Below, piece after piece: positions 48,906 through 62,697 of a stretch of DNA of 64,000 nucleotides. Under the pieces are notes generated by a model, which was given only the letters and a program-made list of their open reading frames with translations, was not told the origin of the DNA and did no database searches. The translations under genes were made by a program, and so were the position numbers. The stretch is from Escherichia coli. GTDB lineage: Bacteria > Pseudomonadota > Gammaproteobacteria > Enterobacterales > Enterobacteriaceae. The DNA lies in the NCBI RefSeq assembly GCF_003018115.1, contig NZ_CP027457.1, one strand, 5' to 3'. Position 1 is the first letter of the stretch; each line of letters begins with the position of its first letter.

Positions 48906-49246
48906 ACCAGGCCAAGCGTATGCTGGTTGATCAAATAATATCCCCCAAGCGCAGCAATATTAATATTCACCTGCAATGGGTCGATATCTGGCTTAAAAAT
49001 ATTGTGTTTCTTCCCTTCATCCAATAAGGATTCCATTAACCGCAAGTGCGCATGGGTAATTTCTAAGAGACGCTGTGATTTTGCATAATGCACACCTTTA
49101 CTTTGATTTTCACTATGCACAATTTTTAAAAACCAGGGATTAGCAATATAATAATCCCATGTAAAATCAATAATTTTCTCAATGGCTTTTTGTGGCTGGT
49201 TAACCTGCTGATTAACGAATACACCGATACCGACAGCGTAGAATAA
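48906..49246 (-). pseudogene. remnant of a TetR-family regulator gene (C-terminal ligand-domain segment only; ytfA-like by position)
   Basis: Minus-strand frame ...[79 protein letters not shown] resembles a TetR C-terminal domain; in-frame stop at 49247-49249 and no HTH upstream; the frame reads on into IS sequence. Confidence 0.4.
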
Positions 49247-49467
49247 TTACATACCGCACAACAAGAATGTACGGTGTAAGGCGTGGAAGTCATTTTCTCC
49301 CCGGGCGCATCGTTATATCCATAATGAGCGATTTTTGATATTAATATCTTTCACCATCCGCTATTTTCACTACTTCAGAAAACAAACTTATTTTTATTAA
49401 TATCAATTATTTTTCTTTGAACATTCAACTGCGATATTTGTAAAAATATTAAACAGGCAACAATAAA

Positions 49468-50262
49468 ATGACATTACCAACAACTATTTATTCATTCCCC
49501 GCATATTTACCTCGTTTTTCGTCCACCGACAAACCAGCAAAACTAAAATTTCATCAATACGCACGCGCTACATTACTGTCAAATCGTGGAAGAGATCATA
49601 ATTGCGATGGCAGACGTACTGTTGAGATCCACAAACTAGATCTCTCAGACTGGCAAGCATTCAATAAGTTAGCAAAGAAGTGTAATGCTTACGATGGAGT
49701 AACGATGAATGGTGATAATTCTTTTGGATGGAACCATGAAGCTACATTAGATAATATTCACGCCCAGAAATACAATAAAGCTTACGCGGGTGCGAGGTTA
49801 ACCGCAGAACTGAAATATTTATTGCAAGATGTCGAATCCTTCGAACCCAACAGTAAATACACAATACACGAAGTGGTTTTGGGACCTGGTTATGGTACTC
49901 CAGACTATACCGGCCAAACGATAGGATACGTTGTAACCCTTCCTGCCCAAATGCCTAATTGCTGGTCATCTGAACTACCAACAATCGATCTTTATATCGA
50001 CCAACTTCGCACTGTTACAGGCGTTTCTAATGCCCTCGGATTCATCATTGCTGCATTGCTAAACGCGTATTCTGATTTACCCCATGATTTGAAAATTGGT
50101 CTGCGTTCCTTATCAAGCTCAGCCGCAATCTACTCGGGTTTGGGTTTTGAGCGAGTGCCGCAGGAGCGAGACATCAGTTGCGCTCGTATGTATCTAACGC
50201 CAGCAAACCATCCTGACTTATGGACACAAGAGAATGGTGAATGGATCTACTTGCGAAACTAA
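49468..50262 (+). CDS. yjfZ: uncharacterised protein YjfZ
   Basis: 264-aa AT-rich ORF; name from size and synteny next to rplI. Confidence 0.75.
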   Translation: MTLPTTIYSFPAYLPRFSSTDKPAKLKFHQYARATLLSNRGRDHNCDGRRTVEIHKLDLSDWQAFNKLAKKCNAYDGVTMNGDNSFGWNHEATLDNIHAQKYNKAYAGARLTAELKYLLQDVESFEPNSKYTIHEVVLGPGYGTPDYTGQTIGYVVTLPAQMPNCWSSELPTIDLYIDQLRTVTGVSNALGFIIAALLNAYSDLPHDLKIGLRSLSSSAAIYSGLGFERVPQERDISCARMYLTPANHPDLWTQENGEWIYLRN

Positions 50263-50288
50263 TACCTGACGAAAAATAGAAAGCAAAA

Positions 50289-50312
50289 CGCCGACCAATG
50301 GTCGGCGTTTTT
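50289..50312. terminator. bidirectional terminator between yjfZ and rplI
   Basis: Hairpin CGCCGACCAATGGTCGGCG with an A-tract upstream and TTTTT downstream. Confidence 0.65.
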
Positions 50313-50332
50313 ACGTCTCGTTGAATAACGAA

Positions 50333-50794
<462 letters not shown>

Positions 50795-50823
50795 TCAAAG
50801 TCGTATTAATGGACCGTGACCGA

Positions 50824-51370
<547 letters not shown>

Positions 51371-51376
51371 CAGAAA

Positions 51377-51790
<414 letters not shown>

Positions 51791-52098
51791 TTATTCAGCC
51801 TCCTGTCTGGGTCAGCCGAATCCCGGGGAGGCAAGGAACGTGTTAAAGGTCGGCTGAAAAATGACGCGTTATAGTACTGACATACCCCGCTAAACTCAAG
51901 GCCAGCCGACAAATAAATCTCATCTTTCACCAAAGTGGACTAACACGCTGATTTGAAGTTCATCACACTTCATCATGGTGTTTTTTTGAACAACTGCATC
52001 AGAAATGGTCACCATCAACTTCCTTATCATTGATTAAAATTAAATCAGAAGATCATCACAGAGGAGAGCACACAAAGTCAGCCGTCGAGGAGGTATCT

Positions 52099-52374
52099 AT
52101 GTTCAGTCGTGTTTTAGCCCTTCTGGCTGTGCTTTTACTAAGTGCAAATACATGGGCAGCCATTGAAATTAATAACCACCAGGCCAGAAATATGGACGAT
52201 GTGCAAAGCTTAGGCGTGATTTATATCAATCATAATTTCGCCACTGAAAGCGAAGCACGTCAGGCATTAAATGAAGAAACAGATGCGCAAGGCGCAACGT
52301 ACTACCACGTAATTCTGATGCGGGAACCGGGGAGTAACGGCAATATGCACGCCAGCGCGGATATTTATCGCTAG
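52099..52374 (+). CDS. yjfY: DUF1471 (YdgH/BhsA/McbA-family) periplasmic protein YjfY
   Basis: ORF track 52030..52374; start MFSRVLALLAVLLLSANTWA gives 91 aa with a signal peptide. Confidence 0.8.
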   Translation: MFSRVLALLAVLLLSANTWAAIEINNHQARNMDDVQSLGVIYINHNFATESEARQALNEETDAQGATYYHVILMREPGSNGNMHASADIYR

Positions 52375-52414
52375 CACCAGGTATAACCAACGAAACATTG
52401 CCATAGTTTGCTTT

Positions 52415-52439
52415 GCCCCCTTCGCAGGGGGCTTTTTTT
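52415..52439 (+). terminator. rho-independent terminator after yjfY
   Basis: Hairpin GCCCCCTTCGCAGGGGGC followed by TTTTTTT. Confidence 0.65.
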
Positions 52440-52502
52440 GAAAAACGGCTGCGGAATCAGACCAGTTATCTCCCGAATAAGGAAATTTCCGCAGCGCGTG
52501 TT

Positions 52503-53189
52503 CTACTTCTGCCCGTAATAAGCGTTAGGACCGTGTTTACGCATGAAGTGTTTATTCATCAGGAAGCTGTCGATGTGATTGAGTTGTGGGTTAATACTGC
52601 GGGCAATCCACGCCATTTTCGCCACTTCTTCCATCACAACCGCGTTATGCACCGCATCGTGGGCATCTTTCCCCCAGGCGAACGGTCCGTGCTGATACAC
52701 CACAATTCCCGGCGTATGCAGCGGCTCGGCGTTGCCCAGCGTTTCGATAATCACTTTGCCAGTGTTCAGTTCATACTCACCCTGCACCTCTTCTTCGCTT
52801 AATCCGCGCGTGCACGGGATGTCACCAAAGAAGTAGTCGGCATGCGTAGTGCCTAACGCCGGGATCGCCAGCCCCGCCTGCGCCCATGCGGTGGCATGAG
52901 TGGAGTGGGTATGGACAATGCCGCCAAGCGACGGGTAACGACGGTAGAGTTCGAGATGCGTCGCGGTGTCGGAAGACGGACGATATTCCCCTTCCACCAC
53001 CTTACCGCTCATATCGACCACCACCATATCGTCTGCTTTCATGGTTTCGTAGGCGACGCCGCTGGGCTTGATCACCACCAGCCCGCGTTCGCGGTCGATA
53101 GCGCTGACGTTGCCCCAGGTAAAGGTCACCAGCCCATAGCGCGGCAGATCCATGTTGGCTTCAAACACCTGCTGTTTTAGCTTTTGCAT
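52503..53189 (-). CDS. ulaF: L-ribulose-5-phosphate 4-epimerase
   Basis: ORF track 52503..53237; start [12 protein letters not shown] gives 228 aa. Confidence 0.9.
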
Positions 53190-54043
53190 TATGCCGCCTC
53201 CACCATGCCCGCTTTCGCCATGCGCGCTTTCACCCAATCACGCGCTTTCGCCACTTCTGCCGCCGGGTCTTCCGCCGTTTCGCTCCACATCTCAATCAGG
53301 TACGGCCCGCAATAGCCACTCTGTTTGAGCGTTTCGAAACAACGTTCGAAATCCACTACACCTTCGCCAAACGGCACGTTTTTGAAGACGCCAGGTTTGG
53401 TGTCTTTCACATGTACCGCGACGATATGCCCGATTCCGGCCTGCAACTCCATCTGCACATCGTTGTCCCACGCCGACAGGTTGCCGATATCCGGGTAGAG
53501 CTGGAACCACGGATTGTTGAGATAGTGCGCGTAGCCCAGCGCCTTGCTGATGGAGTTCATCAACGGATAATCCATGATCTCCATCGCCAGCGTCACCTGC
53601 GCGCGGCTTGCCATCTCAACGCTCTCTTTCAGGCCGTCACGGAAACGACGACGCGTTTCGTTATTGGCTTCCTGATAGTAAACGTCATAGCCCGCCAGCT
53701 GGATCACGCGAATACCGACATCCTGGGCGAACTGGATAGCTTTACGCATAATCTCCAGCCCCTGCGCCCGCACCGCGTCATCTTCACTGCCCAGCGGGAA
53801 ACGACGATGAGCAGAAAGGCACATGGACGGCACGCGCACGCCGGTTTCAACAATCGCATTGACCAGCGCCAGACGCTGCTCGCGGCTCCAGTCGAGGCGC
53901 GACAGGCGCTCGTCCGTTTCATCTACCGACATCTCGACAAAATCGAAGCCCAACGTTTTTGCCAGTTGCAGGCGTTCCAGCCAGCACTCCCCAGCGGGGA
54001 GCGCTTTTTCATAGATGCCAAGCGGGATTTGTTTGGACAACAT
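53189..54043 (-). CDS. ulaE: L-ribulose-5-phosphate 3-epimerase
   Basis: 284-aa ORF; its stop overlaps the ulaF start. Confidence 0.9.
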
Positions 54044-54052
54044 ATCCGCTCC

Positions 54053-54703
54053 TTAGCCCCACAGTTCAGCGATGGAACGTTTGAACTCACGTGCGGCTTC
54101 CACCGGAGAAGCGGCATCACGGATACTACGGCCCGCGATAAAGACGTGAATCGGAATACCCTTGAACAGCGGCAGATCTTCCAGCGCCAGGCCTCCGGTG
54201 ACGGTGACTTTGAAGCCCATATCGGAAAGACGTTTGATCGCGCTGATGTCCGCTTCGCCCCACGCCACGCCTGCGGCCTGCGCGTCACGGCTGCGGTGAT
54301 AAACCACCTGCTGAATGCCTGCATCGCGCCACTGTTGCGCCTGTTCCCAGGTCCAGTAACCGGTCAGTTCGATCTGCACGTCGCCGTTAAACTCTTTTGC
54401 CACGTCCAGCGCGCCTTTGGCGGTGTTGATATCCGCACAGCAAATTACCGTCACCCAGTCAGCGTTGGCTTCGAAGCACATACGCGAAAGGATTTTGCCT
54501 GCATCGGCAATTTTGGCGTCTGCCAGTACGATTTTGTGCGGGTAGAGCGCTTTCAGGTCACGAACCGCACGCACGCCTTCGCCCACGCACAGAATGGTGC
54601 CCACTTCGATAATGTCGACTTCTTCGGCAATCAGGCGAGTGGTTTCGTAGGCGCTATCCATAGTCTGGTTGTCCAGCGCGACTTGCAACATCGGTAATGA
54701 CAT
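54053..54703 (-). CDS. ulaD: 3-keto-L-gulonate-6-phosphate decarboxylase
   Basis: ORF track 54053..54856; start [13 protein letters not shown] gives 216 aa. Confidence 0.9.
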   Translation of the reverse strand: MSLPMLQVALDNQTMDSAYETTRLIAEEVDIIEVGTILCVGEGVRAVRDLKALYPHKIVLADAKIADAGKILSRMCFEANADWVTVICCADINTAKGALDVAKEFNGDVQIELTGYWTWEQAQQWRDAGIQQVVYHRSRDAQAAGVAWGEADISAIKRLSDMGFKVTVTGGLALEDLPLFKGIPIHVFIAGRSIRDAASPVEAAREFKRSIAELWG

Positions 54704-54716
54704 GTTCAATTCCTTC

Positions 54717-55181
54717 TTAAGCTGCCGCGTTGGTGCGGTCAATGAGATCCAGTACTTCCTGCTCGGTACGGCAGGCGCGTAAACGGTCAAAATTCTCTTC
54801 ATCTTCAAACAGGTTGACGATCTGCATGATGCCCACTTCCTGGTGAGTATTGGCATCGACCGCCGCCATGGTGATGAGGATATCCACCGGATCGTTGTCG
54901 TCGTGGTTAAATTCCAGCGGCTTTTTCAGCGTTACCAGAGAGAAACCTGTTTTCTTAACACCCTCTTCCGGCCGCCCGTGCGGCATCGCCAGCCCCGGAG
55001 CGATAACGAAATAAGGGCCAAACTGTTCCACGCCATCCAGAATCGCCTGGTAATAGCGCGGCTCGACAACGTCCGCCGCCACCAGCAGATCGACGCCGAT
55101 TTTCACCGCGTCCTGCCAGGTTTCAGCTTCAGCCTGCAGGCGGATGGATTTATTTACAGCCAGCGAATCACGTAATTTCAT
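54717..55181 (-). CDS. ulaC: ascorbate-specific PTS EIIA component
   Basis: 154-aa ORF. Confidence 0.9.
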   Translation of the reverse strand: MKLRDSLAVNKSIRLQAEAETWQDAVKIGVDLLVAADVVEPRYYQAILDGVEQFGPYFVIAPGLAMPHGRPEEGVKKTGFSLVTLKKPLEFNHDDNDPVDILITMAAVDANTHQEVGIMQIVNLFEDEENFDRLRACRTEQEVLDLIDRTNAAA

Positions 55182-55190
55182 GGCGCGTCC

Positions 55191-55496
55191 TTACTTCACG
55201 TCCTGCGGGAAATGCTCTTTGATCACTTCCAGCAGTTTCGGGCCAAAGTCGGCAGGAGAGAGCATGTTGCGCACGCCAACCACGTATTTGTTGCCGGTCA
55301 CGGTGATTTCGCCCGCAATGTGCGTAGAAGCGATGATGATATCCGCGCCACTCAACTCGCTTTTGTACTCGCCAACCGCGCAGCTGTTTACCGTATGGTC
55401 AATGTTTGATTGGGTTAAAAACTGGTCCACTTTCATCTTCATGATCATGGAACTGCCTTGTCCGTTGCCACACACAGCCAGAATACGTACGGTCAT
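55191..55496 (-). CDS. ulaB: ascorbate-specific PTS EIIB component
   Basis: 101 aa from [16 protein letters not shown] (EIIB active-site Cys). Confidence 0.9.
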
Positions 55497-55511
55497 AATC
55501 AAAACTCCTTA

Positions 55512-56966
<1,455 letters not shown>

Positions 56967-57014
56967 TCACTCTAATTTTCAAAAGTAATCACAACAAGAT
57001 TATTTATGATTAAA

Positions 57015-57030
57015 TGTGACGCGACACACA
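57015..57030. promoter_or_regulatory. candidate CRP site in the ulaA-ulaG divergent regulatory region
   Basis: TGTGAcgcgacACACA, one mismatch to TGTGA-N6-TCACA, in an AT-rich 350-bp intergenic region. Confidence 0.4.
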
Positions 57031-57263
57031 AATAATTCCATAACGAAAATATGGGATTCACACAACGAAACAATTAATCATTTAAATTTATTAAGTTAAT
57101 TGAATTACACATTCCATTAAATCTTTCCACACTCCAAATTCACAACAATTCACCCGGCAAAAAGTCAAAAAATGGTCATTGCCTTCCTGAAAAAATAGTG
57201 CCAGGATTAATCAAAACCAATCACATATTGATTCGAATTGAACTATCATGAAGGTAAATGGCG

Positions 57264-58328
57264 ATGAGTAAAGTGAAAAGTATCACCCGAGAATCCTGGA
57301 TCCTGAGCACTTTCCCGGAGTGGGGTAGCTGGCTGAATGAAGAAATTGAACAAGAGCAGGTCGCCCCTGGCACATTTGCGATGTGGTGGCTAGGCTGCAC
57401 CGGGATCTGGTTGAAATCAGAAGGTGGCACCAACGTTTGCGTTGATTTCTGGTGCGGCACTGGCAAACAAAGTCACGGTAACCCGTTAATGAAACAGGGT
57501 CACCAGATGCAGCGCATGGCTGGCGTGAAAAAACTGCAGCCAAACCTACGCACCACCCCGTTTGTTCTTGATCCGTTTGCGATTCGCCAGATCGACGCGG
57601 TACTGGCGACTCACGATCACAACGATCATATCGACGTTAACGTCGCTGCTGCCGTGATGCAGAACTGTGCTGATGACGTACCATTCATTGGACCGAAAAC
57701 CTGCGTTGATTTGTGGATTGGCTGGGGCGTACCGAAAGAGCGTTGCATCGTGGTCAAACCGGGCGATGTTGTAAAAGTAAAAGACATTGAAATTCATGCG
57801 CTTGACGCTTTCGACCGTACTGCACTGATCACCCTGCCTGCCGATCAAAAAGCGGCTGGCGTACTGCCGGACGGCATGGACGATCGCGCGGTGAACTATC
57901 TGTTCAAAACGCCTGGCGGCTCCCTGTATCACAGCGGCGACTCCCACTACTCTAACTATTATGCGAAGCACGGTAACGAACATCAGATCGATGTGGCGTT
58001 AGGATCGTATGGTGAGAACCCGCGCGGTATTACCGACAAAATGACCAGCGCCGATATGCTGCGTATGGGTGAAGCCCTGAATGCGAAAGTGGTTATCCCG
58101 TTCCACCACGACATCTGGTCAAACTTCCAGGCCGATCCGCAAGAGATCCGCGTGCTGTGGGAGATGAAAAAAGATCGTCTGAAGTATGGCTTCAAGCCGT
58201 TTATCTGGCAGGTTGGCGGCAAATTTACCTGGCCGCTGGATAAAGACAACTTCGAGTACCACTATCCGCGCGGTTTCGATGATTGCTTCACTATTGAACC
58301 GGATCTGCCGTTCAAGTCATTCCTGTAA
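57264..58328 (+). CDS. ulaG: L-ascorbate-6-phosphate lactonase (metallo-beta-lactamase fold)
   Basis: 354 aa from [12 protein letters not shown]; HDHNDH metal-binding motif. Confidence 0.9.
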
Positions 58329-58435
58329 TCTGTCGTTTATACCGGATAGCGTGGAGAAGTTCGCGCTATCCGGCGTAGTATTTCCTGGCTATTTCAAATA
58401 TCATCTAAAAAAATCAAATTTTATCGGAATAGCTC

Positions 58436-59191
58436 ATGACTGAAGCACAAAGACATCAAATCCTCCTGGAAATGCTCGCACAATTGGGCTTTGTGACCGT
58501 TGAGAAAGTCGTTGAGCGTCTGGGAATTTCGCCTGCCACTGCGCGACGCGATATCAATAAACTTGACGAAAGCGGCAAACTGAAAAAAGTGCGCAATGGC
58601 GCAGAAGCTATTACCCAACAGCGCCCGCGCTGGACGCCGATGAATCTGCATCAGGCGCAGAATCACGATGAAAAAGTACGTATCGCTAAAGCGGCCTCGC
58701 AGCTGGTTAATCCGGGCGAAAGCGTAGTCATCAACTGCGGCTCCACCGCGTTTCTGCTTGGGCGGGAAATGTGTGGCAAGCCAGTGCAAATCATCACTAA
58801 TTATCTACCGCTGGCAAATTACCTGATCGATCAAGAACATGACAGCGTGATCATTATGGGCGGACAGTACAACAAAAGTCAGTCCATCACTTTAAGCCCG
58901 CAGGGCAGCGAAAACAGTCTCTATGCCGGGCACTGGATGTTTACCAGCGGAAAAGGGCTGACCGCAGAAGGGTTGTATAAAACCGATATGCTGACAGCAA
59001 TGGCAGAGCAGAAGATGCTGAGCGTGGTAGGGAAACTGGTGGTACTGGTTGATAGCAGTAAGATTGGCGAACGCGCGGGAATGCTTTTTAGCCGTGCCGA
59101 TCAAATCGATATGCTTATCACCGGCAAAAATGCTAACCCGGAAATCCTGCAACAACTGGAAGCGCAAGGGGTCAGCATTCTGCGTGTTTAA
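58436..59191 (+). CDS. ulaR: DeoR-family repressor of the ula regulon
   Basis: 251-aa ORF with N-terminal DeoR-type HTH. Confidence 0.9.
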
Positions 59192-59937
59192 AGATGCTGG
59201 CGGAAAAATGTCACGGCAGCATCTAACGCCTCAGGCGTAATGCGGTGACGCACGCCTGGCTGCCATGAACAGGTTAGCCGTTTATCCCGTCCCGTCTCGC
59301 TTAAGGCCTGCTGCAAACGTAGTGATTCGTCGGCAGGCACAACGTCATCGTCGAGGCCATGCCACAGCAGTAGAGGTCTGTCACTAAGTTGTTCCAGGTG
59401 GTTTGTCGCTTCCCACTCTGCCAGCGGCGCGACAATGTTATTGAATTCATTCTGCTGTGCTGTCGTTTCAGGTATCAGCGGTGGAAACAGTGAACGGGCG
59501 AGCGATGTAAAATAGCCCGATCCCATCATGCTGGCGGTACATTTCAACGTGGGGTGGCGAGCGGTAATTCCCAGTGCCGTCATCGCGCCCATCGACGCGC
59601 CACCGACTGCAAGACGGTCATCAAGCAGCCAGTTTTCTTCGGCTATTGCCGCACGTAAAGTAGTGAATTCCTGCATACTTTGTAGCAAGATTTGCCAGAA
59701 TTGATTTAACCGCCGCGCTGCGTCGCCACTAAAACGACTACCGTGATCGGGCGCATCCGGCATGATCACCCGCAAACCAGCCTGCGCCAGCGCAACGGCA
59801 AAATAGCTATACACCAGACTGGACGAAGTAAAGCCGTGATAAAAAATCACGCACGGTAACGGGGTATCTTTTTGTCCGACAGGATAAGCATGAAGAACGG
59901 GAATATCTGCCAGCTCGCGTGATTCTATTTCAATCAT
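59188..59937 (-). CDS. yjfP: alpha/beta-hydrolase esterase YjfP
   Basis: 249-aa ORF; convergent with ulaR and overlapping it by 4 nt. Confidence 0.85.
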
Positions 59938-60118
59938 CTGTCTCTCCTTTTTGTCTGGTATGACATGAAGAAATCCTTAGCACAAGTTTCTGCTGGCGGT
60001 ATTAGTTCATAATGTTGAGATGTGGGTTACGCTTTCGTCACGTTTTCATTCGAAAATCGCGTACCAGGTAACAATTCGGGAACATTCCCCCAAAGTTAAA
60101 TTAATAAGGCACTACACT

Positions 60119-60448
60119 ATGGTTAGCAGGAAACGTAATAGCGTTATTTACCGGTTTGCCAGTTTATTATTGGTGTTGATGTTAAGTGCCTGTAGCGCAC
60201 TGCAAGGTACGCCACAGCCAGCACCGCCAGTAACGGACCATCCGCAAGAGATTCGCCGCGACCAGACGCAAGGGTTACAGCGAATAGGTAGCGTAAGCAC
60301 GATGGTTCGGGGTTCTCCGGATGACGCATTAGCAGAAATCAGAGCAAAAGCTGTCGCTGCAAAAGCTGATTATTACGTTGTCGTCATGGTGGACGAAACC
60401 ATCGTGACAGGACAGTGGTATTCACAAGCCATTTTGTACCGTAAATAA
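60119..60448 (+). CDS. bsmA: biofilm/stress lipoprotein BsmA (YjfO)
   Basis: ORF track 60020..60448; start MVSRKRNSVIYRFASLLLVLMLSAC gives 109 aa with a lipobox. Confidence 0.8.
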   Translation: MVSRKRNSVIYRFASLLLVLMLSACSALQGTPQPAPPVTDHPQEIRRDQTQGLQRIGSVSTMVRGSPDDALAEIRAKAVAAKADYYVVVMVDETIVTGQWYSQAILYRK

Positions 60449-60596
60449 ATCAGACAACTTACATAGTCAGCTTTACATTGCTTTGCGTCCCTATGCGTTT
60501 ACCTGTGCACAATAAATTACCGGCTGGAAGCCTGGGCGTTTATTACCGCGATGGAATGCCCTGCAACATGTGGGGAAACGAAAAATGGAGCTGACG

Positions 60597-60872
60597 ATGA
60601 AACAATTACTTGCCTCACCCTCGCTGCAATTAGTGACTTATCCTGCGAGCGCCACGGCACAGTCTGCAGAATTCGCCAGTGCTGACTGCGTGACGGGCCT
60701 GAATGAAATAGGTCAGATCTCAGTTAGCAATATTTCAGGGGATCCGCAGGACGTGGAACGTATCGTGGCGTTAAAGGCCGATGAACAAGGTGCGTCATGG
60801 TACCGCATTATTACCATGTACGAAGACCAGCAGCCTGATAACTGGCGCGTACAGGCGATACTGTATGCATGA
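60597..60872 (+). CDS. yjfN: DUF1471-family small protein YjfN
   Basis: ORF track 60570..60872; start MKQLLASPSLQL gives 91 aa. Confidence 0.75.
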   Translation: MKQLLASPSLQLVTYPASATAQSAEFASADCVTGLNEIGQISVSNISGDPQDVERIVALKADEQGASWYRIITMYEDQQPDNWRVQAILYA

Positions 60873-60896
60873 GTGTCATCTACAGCAAATGAACAA

Positions 60897-60931
60897 TGCC
60901 GGATGCGGCGCGAACGCCTTGTCCGGCCTAC
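60897..60931. repeat. REP element
   Basis: GCCGGATGCGGCGCGAACGCCTTGTCCGGCCTAC downstream of yjfN. Confidence 0.6.
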
Positions 60932-60988
60932 AATTTTCACATATTTCATTTAGTTAATCGAAACCAGCGTCGCATCAGTCGTATACGC

Positions 60989-62614
60989 TTACACACACAC
61001 TCCCCCCGTCGCCCGCAGCAATAAATCATTCTGGATCTGCTCTGACAACCGTACGCCGCCGCGCGTATCCAACATCACCTGACACCACGCCTGCGCCATT
61101 GGCGGAGAAGCATATTTCAACATTTGCGCACCGCAGCCCAGCAGGAATAGCTGATGAGTAATCTCTCGCCCCAGTTCTTCAGCTGGCTTACGCAGCTGCT
61201 GCTGTAAACGACGAACCGCGCGATCAAAATAGCGATCCTGCCCTTTCACTTCCACAAATGCTTCCGACAATAAGTCGTATACGCCCGCTTGCTTATTGAG
61301 AACGCGCAACACATCCAGGCACATAATATTGCCGGAACCTTCCCAAATACTGTTTACCGGCATCTCCCGGTAAAGCCGCGGCAGCTCACTCTCCTCGCAA
61401 TAACCAATGCCGCCCAGCACCTCCATCGCTTCGGCCACAAACGGCATACCTCGTTTGCAGATCACAAATTTTGCCGCAGGCGTAAATAAACGCGCCCACA
61501 GGGCTTCTTTGGCATCGGCACGCCGGTCCCACGCTCGCGCAAGACGAAACAGCAACGCCGTTTGCCCTTCAAGCTGAAGTGCCATGCGACTTAAGACATG
61601 ACGCATAAGGGGCTGTTGGATCAATGGATTACCAAAAACATGGCGTTGATGTGCATGATAAATCGCCAGCGAAAATGCACGGCGCATCATGGCATGGCTA
61701 CCCAGGGCGCAATCAAAACGCGTCATCCCCCCCATTTTCAGGATCAGACGAATTCCTTCCCCTTCCTGCCCCAATAACCAGCCAATGGCATCCTGAAACT
61801 CCACTTCACAACTGGCGTTAGAGCGATTACCCAGCTTATCTTTCAGCCGCTCGAGGCGAATCGCGTTGCATTGCCCGTCAGGCAAAAAGCGCGGCACAAA
61901 AAAGCAGGACAGACCGCCCGCGGTCTGCGCCAGCACCAGATGCGCATCGCTTTGCGGCACCGAGAAAAACCATTTATGCCCCACCAGCCGATAAGAGCCA
62001 TCCTCCAGACGCTCTGCGCGGGTGGTGTTGCTCATGACATCGGAACCGCCCTGCTTTTCCGTCATTCCCATGCCAATCAACAAACCGCGTTTTTGCCCAC
62101 CTGGCAATAAGTGAGAATCGTAGCGATCGCTCAACAGCGGCGTGGTCCAGTCCTGAAACGGCGCGGGTAACATCTGTAACAACAATGGCGTGGCGGCAAA
62201 GGTCATCGTTATTGGACATAACGACCCAGCCTCAACCTGCGCATGTAACATAAAACGCGCCGCGCGCGCCACAAATGCGCCGGAGCGAGCGTCTTCTTCC
62301 CAGGCAAGATTGTGCACCCGATTGGTACATAGTGCCTGCATCAGCAGGTGCCAGGCGGGGTGAAAACGCACATCGTCCAGACGGCGTCCTTGCGCATCGT
62401 AGCGCAATAATTCAGGCGGATTCACATTCGCCAGCCGCCCCAGTTCAAGGGATTCAGCCGTTCCTAACTGCTGACCAATACTGGCGAGAAAATCGCTATC
62501 CCAGCCAGCACCTTCACGCGTTACCGCTTCGCAGAGCGCGCCATCAGACAGGTATAAATTACTGTTATTTAAGGGTATAGGTTGATTAAAAACAGTGTGA
62601 GTTTGCCAGTGCAC
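60989..62614 (-). CDS. aidB: acyl-CoA dehydrogenase-like adaptive-response protein AidB
   Basis: ORF track 60989..62632; probable GTG start (MHWQTHTVFNQP) gives 541 aa. Confidence 0.9.
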   Translation of the reverse strand: MHWQTHTVFNQPIPLNNSNLYLSDGALCEAVTREGAGWDSDFLASIGQQLGTAESLELGRLANVNPPELLRYDAQGRRLDDVRFHPAWHLLMQALCTNRVHNLAWEEDARSGAFVARAARFMLHAQVEAGSLCPITMTFAATPLLLQMLPAPFQDWTTPLLSDRYDSHLLPGGQKRGLLIGMGMTEKQGGSDVMSNTTRAERLEDGSYRLVGHKWFFSVPQSDAHLVLAQTAGGLSCFFVPRFLPDGQCNAIRLERLKDKLGNRSNASCEVEFQDAIGWLLGQEGEGIRLILKMGGMTRFDCALGSHAMMRRAFSLAIYHAHQRHVFGNPLIQQPLMRHVLSRMALQLEGQTALLFRLARAWDRRADAKEALWARLFTPAAKFVICKRGMPFVAEAMEVLGGIGYCEESELPRLYREMPVNSIWEGSGNIMCLDVLRVLNKQAGVYDLLSEAFVEVKGQDRYFDRAVRRLQQQLRKPAEELGREITHQLFLLGCGAQMLKYASPPMAQAWCQVMLDTRGGVRLSEQIQNDLLLRATGGVCV

Positions 62615-62697
62615 TGTGTCTCCCTCCATCAATGGCAGTCACCATTAGTATGGTCACTGCCATGGATTCCTGACAGAAAGAGATTGCTAAAACATTC

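Noticed and set aside
48698-49120. 140-aa minus-strand ORF in the track
   Set aside because: Chimeric frame: its upstream half is the TetR-like remnant and its downstream half is a read-through of the antisense strand of the IS tnpA end; not a real gene as drawn
53411-54697. 428-aa plus-strand ORF
   Set aside because: Antisense to ulaE and ulaD, which are confidently assigned; His/Arg-rich shadow ORF
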